A stretch of 64,000 bases of DNA from an uncultured Methylomirabilota bacterium (lineage in GTDB: Bacteria > Methylomirabilota > Methylomirabilia > Methylomirabilales > 2-02-FULL-66-22), in contig CAWJSJ010000002.1 of NCBI GenBank assembly GCA_963845565.1, positions 2,368,001-2,432,000 of the forward strand. Direction: 5' to 3'. The translations under genes were made by a program, and so were the position numbers. Every line of letters starts with the position of its first letter. The stretch's first letter is position 1. This document shows, piece after piece, positions 56,915 to 64,000 of the stretch. The notes beneath the pieces were generated by a model. That model had not been told where the DNA came from. It did no database searches and was given only the letters and a program-made list of their open reading frames with translations.

Positions 56915-58219
56915 ATGAAAGTCACAGTTGAAGAACTCAGCCCGTCCAAGCGAGCCCTCCACGTCGAGCTGCCATCCGAGCGGGTGACCGACCGGGTCGA
57001 GGCGGCGTTCCGAGAGTGGGGTCAGAAGCTCCAGCTCCCCGGTTTCCGCCGCGGCCGGGTTCCGCCAGAGATCATCCGGAAACGGTTCCAGGCCGAAGTC
57101 CATGAAGAAGTCCTTCGGGAACTGATTCCCGACTCGTACCGGGAGGCCTTGACGCAGGCGGCGATCGAGCCGGTCAGCCAGCCCGAGGTCGAGGATGTCC
57201 ACTTTCATGCCGGGGAGCCCCTGACCTACCGGGCGGTGGTGGAGATCAAGCCGCCGGTGACGGCGAAGGATTACCGTGGCATCACCCTCGAGCGCGAGAA
57301 GGTCGAGGTGTCGGACCAGGAGTTGGACCGGGCGCTGGAGTACCTCCGCGAAGACGCGGCGGAATACGTCCCCATGGAGGGGTGGCCGGCCCTGAAGGAC
57401 GATCTGGTCGTCCTGGATCACGAGGGCAGCATCAACGGGAAGCCGTTCAAAGGCGGGAGCGGGAAGAACCTCACCGTCGCGCTGGGCCACGAAGGGTATC
57501 TGCCGGGATTCACCGAGCAACTGATGGGGACGCAGAAGGGCGAGCACAAACAGTTCACACTGCAGATCCCGGCCGACGGGCCGCGCAAGGAACTGGCGGG
57601 GCGATCCGTGGAGTTTCGCGTGACGGTGAAAGAGGTCAAGAAGCGGCGCGTGCCGGAGCTGAACGACGAATTCGCCAAGACCGTGGGGGACGTGGAGAAT
57701 CTGGCGGCCTTGCGGGAAAAGCTCCGCCAGCAACTCGTGCAGCGCAAGACGCGGGAGCAGGACGCCGCGCTCAAGCGCACGCTGATGGAGAAGCTGGTTC
57801 AGCAGCATGCCATCGAGGTGCCGGAGGCGATGGTGGACCGCGAGGCGGCCGCCGTACTGGAGGAGCTGGCGATGACGCTCCGGGCGACCGGCGGTCGCAT
57901 GGAGGGTCTCCCCCAGGATCCCGAGACCCTGCGGACCACGGCGCGCGAGACCGCCACGCGCCGGGTGCAGCAGGCGCTCCTCCTGGAGGCGGTAGCCAAG
58001 CAAGAGAACTTGGCGGTGACCGAGGACGAGATCGAAGCCGAGATCGCGGCGATGGTCCGGGCGTATCCCGCCGACCGCGGGACTGCGGTGCGGCGCGCCC
58101 TCGACGACCCGGAGCGCAAGGCCGGACTGAGCGGGCGAATCTTGGAACGCAAGGCCATGGATTTTCTGTTCCAGCACGCCACCATCAGCGACGCGTTTCA
58201 TCTGATCAAGCCGGCGTAA
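56915..58219 (+). CDS. tig: Trigger factor
   Basis: LPGFRRGRVP signature, FKBP domain, ELNDEFAK. Confidence 0.95.
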   Translation: MKVTVEELSPSKRALHVELPSERVTDRVEAAFREWGQKLQLPGFRRGRVPPEIIRKRFQAEVHEEVLRELIPDSYREALTQAAIEPVSQPEVEDVHFHAGEPLTYRAVVEIKPPVTAKDYRGITLEREKVEVSDQELDRALEYLREDAAEYVPMEGWPALKDDLVVLDHEGSINGKPFKGGSGKNLTVALGHEGYLPGFTEQLMGTQKGEHKQFTLQIPADGPRKELAGRSVEFRVTVKEVKKRRVPELNDEFAKTVGDVENLAALREKLRQQLVQRKTREQDAALKRTLMEKLVQQHAIEVPEAMVDREAAAVLEELAMTLRATGGRMEGLPQDPETLRTTARETATRRVQQALLLEAVAKQENLAVTEDEIEAEIAAMVRAYPADRGTAVRRALDDPERKAGLSGRILERKAMDFLFQHATISDAFHLIKPA

Positions 58220-58264
58220 GCCGTTGTCAAAAAGATGGACAACGTATTTCGTACCGGCTCCTAA
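58217..58264 (+). repeat. Repeat family B, internally deleted copy starting at the tig stop
   Basis: taagccgttgtcaaa joined to aagatggacaacgtatttcgtaccggctcctaa. Confidence 0.8.
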
Positions 58265-58318
58265 CCCTGTATGCCACATGCCCGTCCCGCCCCTCGGGGG
58301 ATTGCGGGTGGAGGACTT

Positions 58319-58957
58319 ATGCTGGTTCCCATGGTGGTCGAGCAAACCAGCCGCGGCGAGCGCGCTTACGACATCTTCTCGCGGCTGCTCAAGGATCGGA
58401 TCATCTTCATCGGGACCCCGATTGACGACGTGGGGGCCAACCTGGTCATCGCGCAGCTCCTGTTCCTGGAGGCCGAGGACCCGGACAAGGACATCCACGT
58501 GTACATCAACTCCCCCGGCGGGTCGGTGACCGCCAGCTTGGCGATCTACGACACCATGCAGTTCGTGAAGCCGGCCATCGAGACGATCTGCATGGGGCAG
58601 GCCGCCAGCGGCGCGGCGCTCCTGCTGGCGGCGGGGACCAAGGGGAAGCGCATGGCCTTGCCCAACTCCCGGATCATGATCCACCAACCCTACGGCGGCA
58701 CCCAGGGGCAGGCGGTGGACATCCAGATCCAGGCCAAGGAGATCCTGCGGATGCGGGAAGAGCTGAACCGGATTCTGTCCCACCACACCGGCCAAACGCT
58801 GGAGCGGGTCGAGAAGGACAGCGACCGCGACTACTTCATGTCGCCGGAGGAGGCCAAACAGTACGGGCTGGTGGACGAAGTGATCTTTTATCGGGACCTG
58901 GCCAAACGGAAGGCGGAGGCGGCTGCGCCGCCGCCGTCGCTTCCCCAGACGGCCTGA
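58319..58957 (+). CDS. clpP: Clp protease proteolytic subunit
   Basis: [31 protein letters not shown]. Confidence 0.97.
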   Translation: MLVPMVVEQTSRGERAYDIFSRLLKDRIIFIGTPIDDVGANLVIAQLLFLEAEDPDKDIHVYINSPGGSVTASLAIYDTMQFVKPAIETICMGQAASGAALLLAAGTKGKRMALPNSRIMIHQPYGGTQGQAVDIQIQAKEILRMREELNRILSHHTGQTLERVEKDSDRDYFMSPEEAKQYGLVDEVIFYRDLAKRKAEAAAPPPSLPQTA

Positions 58958-59025
58958 GGCGGCGGGGCGAGTCGTTTCCTCCGGGGACGAGGGGACGGCT
59001 CGATCGTCACCAGGGAGAGGGGCGG

Positions 59026-60273
<1,248 letters not shown>

Positions 60274-60393
60274 CGGCGCAGCGCGTGCCGTCGGATCCGC
60301 TGGCGGCGTGACGACTCTCGGAGACGCAAGCGCCCGCCGTTCCCCCCGTGGGGATCCCGGCGGCGGACGCGAGGCGATGGGGCGGGGAGGCGA

Positions 60394-61323
60394 ATGAGCA
60401 GCGTGTCCGGGTTCCGACGACGGCCCTCGCGCGCGGCGAGGCGCGCCGGGCTTCCTCTGGTTCTCCTGCTGATGGCGTGTCTCTTGCCGGGGTGCGCCGC
60501 CTACGACTTCCTGTACGGCAAACCTGCGCGGCGAGAGTCCCAACAATCGGAACAGGATCTGCTGCGGTCGGCGGAGGGCCAGCTGCAGCGGGGACAGTAC
60601 GAAGACGCGCGCAAGTCTCTGCAGCGGCTGATGAATCAGTATCCCGAGAGCGACCTGGTCGCGACGGCCCGCCTGGGGACGGCGAAGGCGCTATACATGG
60701 AGAAGAAGTACGACGAGGCCCGCGCCGAGTACCAGCGTTTTCTCGAGTTGCACCCACAGCACGAGCGGGCGGACGAAGCCGTCTACTACATGGGGATGGC
60801 ATATTTCCGGTCGGCGGACAGCCCGGACCGGGATCAGACCCATACCAAGAAGGCGCTGGGGGAGTTCCGGCTGCTGGTCAAGCAGATGCCCGATTCGCAA
60901 TACGTGCCCGACGCCCAGCAGCGGATCGAGGCGGCGCGCAAGAAGTTGGCCGAGAAGGACCTGTACGTCGGGCGGTTTTACTTCGACCGGGGCAACTACG
61001 CCGCCGCCGCCGGACGCCTCCAAAACCTGCTGGGCGACTACAACCGGGCGGGCTTCGACGACCAGGCGCTCTACTTCCTGGGAGAATCGCTGTGGCGGCT
61101 GGAGCAGAAGGACGAGGCCCGTGCCGCTTTCCTCCGACTGATCCAGGAAGAGTCGCAATCCGAGTGGGCTCCGCCGGCCGCGGACCGGCTGGGGGTCGTG
61201 CTGGTGCGGACGGGGCCGCCGAAACCCAAAGGGCCGAGCACCTGGGAGCGCGTCAAAACGGGGATGGGCGCCATCTGGGATGAGCTGGGCGACACCGTTC
61301 GGAGCTACCGGCTCTTCAATTGA
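60394..61323 (+). CDS. bamD: Outer membrane assembly lipoprotein BamD
   Basis: Lipobox LPGC, TPR repeats, DRDQT, LYVGRFY. Confidence 0.85.
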   Translation: MSSVSGFRRRPSRAARRAGLPLVLLLMACLLPGCAAYDFLYGKPARRESQQSEQDLLRSAEGQLQRGQYEDARKSLQRLMNQYPESDLVATARLGTAKALYMEKKYDEARAEYQRFLELHPQHERADEAVYYMGMAYFRSADSPDRDQTHTKKALGEFRLLVKQMPDSQYVPDAQQRIEAARKKLAEKDLYVGRFYFDRGNYAAAAGRLQNLLGDYNRAGFDDQALYFLGESLWRLEQKDEARAAFLRLIQEESQSEWAPPAADRLGVVLVRTGPPKPKGPSTWERVKTGMGAIWDELGDTVRSYRLFN

Positions 61324-61369
61324 AGACGGGCCGGGCCAGGGCGGACGGGAAGGACGGCAGGTCGACAAG

Positions 61370-62086
61370 GTGGCCACGGAAACACGGTTGCTCATTCAGC
61401 GGGGTACGGCGGCATTCCGCGCGGGGGCGTATGCCGAGGCGGAGAGGCCCCTGCTCGAGGCGATGGCGCGCGACGCCAACTTCGCCAACGTGTACCACAT
61501 GCTGGGCGTGATCGCCGGCCGGCGCGGTGCGCCAGGGCGGGCGATCGAGCTGTTTCGGCGCGCCCTGGCCCTGAACCCGCGGTACAGCGAAGCGCAGCTG
61601 AACCTGGCCATTACCCTGGCCGAGACCGGGGCCTACGACCAGGCGGCCGAGGAGATCGGCCGCGTGCGAGCGCGGGAGCCGGTCGAGGCCGGACGACCCG
61701 GCGCTGCGGCGCGTGGGGCCTTGGCCAACGCGCATGCCGATCTGGCGCGCCAGTACCACGCGTTGGGCATGTACGCGGACGCGGTGGGGGAGTACGACAA
61801 GGCCATCGGACTGTGCCCGGATTTCGCGGATCTCCACCTCGCCCGCGCGGTGAGTTGCCGGGAGCGTGGGGACGACGCCGGCGCCGCCACCGCCGTGACG
61901 CGCGCCCTGGAGCTGAACCCGCGGTACGTGGACGCGCACGTGACACAGGGGTGCCTGTATCAGCGGGCGGGGCAGGCCGCGGCGGCGATCGCGGCGTGGC
62001 AGCGGGCCCTGGCGCTCGATCCCGGGCACAAGCTGGCCCGCGTCTACCTCGCCCAGGCGACGGCCTCCCGGGTAGCCGGGACGTGA
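61370..62086 (+). CDS. Tetratricopeptide repeat protein
   Basis: Repeated ALALNPRY / ALELNPRY TPR motifs. Confidence 0.85.
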   Translation: MATETRLLIQRGTAAFRAGAYAEAERPLLEAMARDANFANVYHMLGVIAGRRGAPGRAIELFRRALALNPRYSEAQLNLAITLAETGAYDQAAEEIGRVRAREPVEAGRPGAAARGALANAHADLARQYHALGMYADAVGEYDKAIGLCPDFADLHLARAVSCRERGDDAGAATAVTRALELNPRYVDAHVTQGCLYQRAGQAAAAIAAWQRALALDPGHKLARVYLAQATASRVAGT

Positions 62087-63024
62087 CCCTCGCGGACCCA
62101 CTCCCCGACTCTCTCCTGTCCCAGACGCGGGCGCTGCTGCGCACCCGCGGCCTGCGGCCGCGCCGACGGCGTGGCCAGAACTTCCTGGTGGATCCCAGGG
62201 TCCGTGATCGGATCGTGGCCGCCGCCGGCATCGGTCCGGGGAGTCTGGTGCTCGAGGTCGGCCCCGGCACGGGGATCCTGACCGAGGCCATGCTCCGGGC
62301 CGGGGCCAGCGTCATGGCGGTCGAACTCGACCGGGACTTGGCGCAGGCGCTCGCGGACCGGCTGGGACGGGACCCGGCGCTGGTCGTGCGGGTGGCGGAC
62401 GCGCTGACGTTCGACTTTTCCGAGGCGCTGCGCGGCGACCCGCGGCAGGGCCGCATCCGGGTCGTCGCCAACATCCCGTACTACATCACCACCCCGTTGA
62501 TCCTCCGATTCCTGCGCCACCGGGAGCTGTTCGACGCGTTGTTCCTGACGGTGCAGCGCGAGGTGGCGGAGCGTCTGACGGCGGCGCCGGGCGGCAAGAC
62601 GTACGGGGCCCTGACCCTCGCGTGCCGGTACTGGGCCGATGTGCGCACGGTGCTGCCCATCCCGCGCACCGCGTTCTTTCCGGTTCCCGAGGTGGATTCG
62701 GCGCTGGTCCGGTTCGATCTCCTGGCCGGCCCGCGGGTCTCGGTCCGGGCCCCGGGGCGGCTCTTCGCCGTCATCCGCGCCGCGTTCGGCACCCGGCGGA
62801 AGACCCTGCGGAACGCGCTCTGCCGCGGCGGCTGGCCGGGGGAGTCGGTGGATGCGGCGCTCGGCGCGGCCGGAATCGAGGGGCGGCGGCGAGGGGAGAC
62901 GTTGACGCTGGAGGAGTTCGCCCGACTGACCGAGGCGTTGCCGGCGACCATGGACCGCGACGCCGTTGGCGAGGCCGGCCCGGATCGAGAGACGGGATCG
63001 TCTCTCGATGTGGCTGCCGGATGA
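62083..63024 (+). CDS. rsmA: 16S rRNA adenine dimethyltransferase
   Basis: GQNFL, LEVGPGTG, ANIPYYIT, FFPVPEVDS, RRKTLRN. Confidence 0.95.
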   Translation: MTLADPLPDSLLSQTRALLRTRGLRPRRRRGQNFLVDPRVRDRIVAAAGIGPGSLVLEVGPGTGILTEAMLRAGASVMAVELDRDLAQALADRLGRDPALVVRVADALTFDFSEALRGDPRQGRIRVVANIPYYITTPLILRFLRHRELFDALFLTVQREVAERLTAAPGGKTYGALTLACRYWADVRTVLPIPRTAFFPVPEVDSALVRFDLLAGPRVSVRAPGRLFAVIRAAFGTRRKTLRNALCRGGWPGESVDAALGAAGIEGRRRGETLTLEEFARLTEALPATMDRDAVGEAGPDRETGSSLDVAAG

Positions 63025-63057
63025 TCAGTCGTCCACGCGGAAAGGGACGGAATCTCG

Positions 63058-64000
63058 ATGAGCGAGTCGCTGTTTCAGACGGCCAAGGATGAGGAGATCA
63101 AGGCAGGACAGGTCACGGACGTCTACTTCGCGCGGACCCTGGAGATCCTCCGGCGGCGCGGCGTGGCGAAGCGGGTGACGGCGGAGGTGGTCCTGAAGAG
63201 CTTTCCCTCGGGGTGGGCTTGGGGTGTCTTGGCGGGGATCGACGAGGTGGCCACGCTGCTCCGGGACCTGCCGGTGCGCGTCCGCGCCTTTCCCGAGGGG
63301 GCGGTGTTCGGCACGATGCAGCCGGTCCTGACGGTCGAGGGGCGGTACGTGGACTTCGCGCAGTACGAGACAGCGCTCCTGGGGTTGCTCTGCCAGGCCT
63401 CGGGGGTGGCGACCAAGGCCGCCCGGTGCAAGAAGGCGGCCGGGGAGCACCCCGTGGTCAGCTTCGGCGCGCGACGGATGCATCCGGCGCTGGCGCCGAT
63501 GATCGAGCGGAATGCCTATCTCGGGGGATGCGACGGGGTTGCGGTGGTCAAGAGCGCCGAACTGCTGCAGCTCGAGCCGAGCGGAACGATGCCCCATTCG
63601 CTGATCCTGATGTTGGGGGACACGGTGGTGGCGGCGCAGGCGTTCGACGAGATCATCGATCCTGCCGTCCGCCGGGTGGTGTTGATCGACACCTTCGGCG
63701 ACGAGAAGGTGGAGGCGGTCCGGGTCGCCGACGCGCTGCGCGACCGGCTGTACGCGGTGCGGCTGGACACGCCCGCCTCGCGCCGCGGCGACCTCGTCGG
63801 TATCCTGCGCGAGGTGCGGTGGGAGCTCGATTTGCGCGGATTCCAGCACGTGCAGCTGTTTGTGAGCGGCGGGCTGGACGAGGAGGAAATCCTTCGCCTG
63901 AATCCGGTGGCGGATGCCTACGGGGTGGGGACCGCCATCAGCAACGCCCCGGTGCTGAATTTCGCCTTGGATATCGTCGACGTGGACGGATCGCCGGTCG
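63058..64000 (+). CDS. pncB: Nicotinate phosphoribosyltransferase (3' truncated by window)
   Basis: Manual translation: MSESLFQTAKDEEIKAGQVTDVYF..SFGARRMHP..GTMPHS..VRLDTP..VSGGLDE. Confidence 0.88.
   Translation, partial: MSESLFQTAKDEEIKAGQVTDVYFARTLEILRRRGVAKRVTAEVVLKSFPSGWAWGVLAGIDEVATLLRDLPVRVRAFPEGAVFGTMQPVLTVEGRYVDFAQYETALLGLLCQASGVATKAARCKKAAGEHPVVSFGARRMHPALAPMIERNAYLGGCDGVAVVKSAELLQLEPSGTMPHSLILMLGDTVVAAQAFDEIIDPAVRRVVLIDTFGDEKVEAVRVADALRDRLYAVRLDTPASRRGDLVGILREVRWELDLRGFQHVQLFVSGGLDEEEILRLNPVADAYGVGTAISNAPVLNFALDIVDVDGSPV

Overview
GC-rich bacterial chromosomal segment, most likely Methylomirabilota/NC10-like (inferred from remembered 16S signatures and gene context; not verified by search). 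The core genes are purB-purC-purS-purQ-purL-hom-thrC, thrS-infC-rpmI-rplT-pheS-pheT-zapB-like-zapA-6S RNA-rny-ymdB-folD, PBP1A, tyrS, a full rRNA operon, amidase-GerMN-rph-rdgB, a seven-tRNA cluster, and tig-clpP-clpX-bamD-TPR-rsmA-pncB. Accessory patches lie at about 0.7-8 kb and 17-26 kb. Several genes, including housekeeping ones, carry single-base frameshifts that look like long-read indel errors. Highlights: (1) a YtxJ/BrxC-like gene with an in-frame TGA at the catalytic Cys position (UxxC) followed by a SECIS-like hairpin, a candidate selenoprotein; (2) a ~105-bp double-hairpin repeat present as 7 full copies plus fragments, all in one orientation and often fused to stop codons; (3) a protein-coding ComEA-like HhH gene between 23S and 5S rRNA; (4) a secreted peptide with three GxEGPDVR repeats behind a sigma54-type promoter; (5) an orphan gp5/VgrG-type beta-spike protein with a signal peptide; (6) a second MITE-like family at pur/thr gene junctions, and heptamer-repeat hairpins in tRNA spacers. 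No CRISPR array, transposase or integrase was found.
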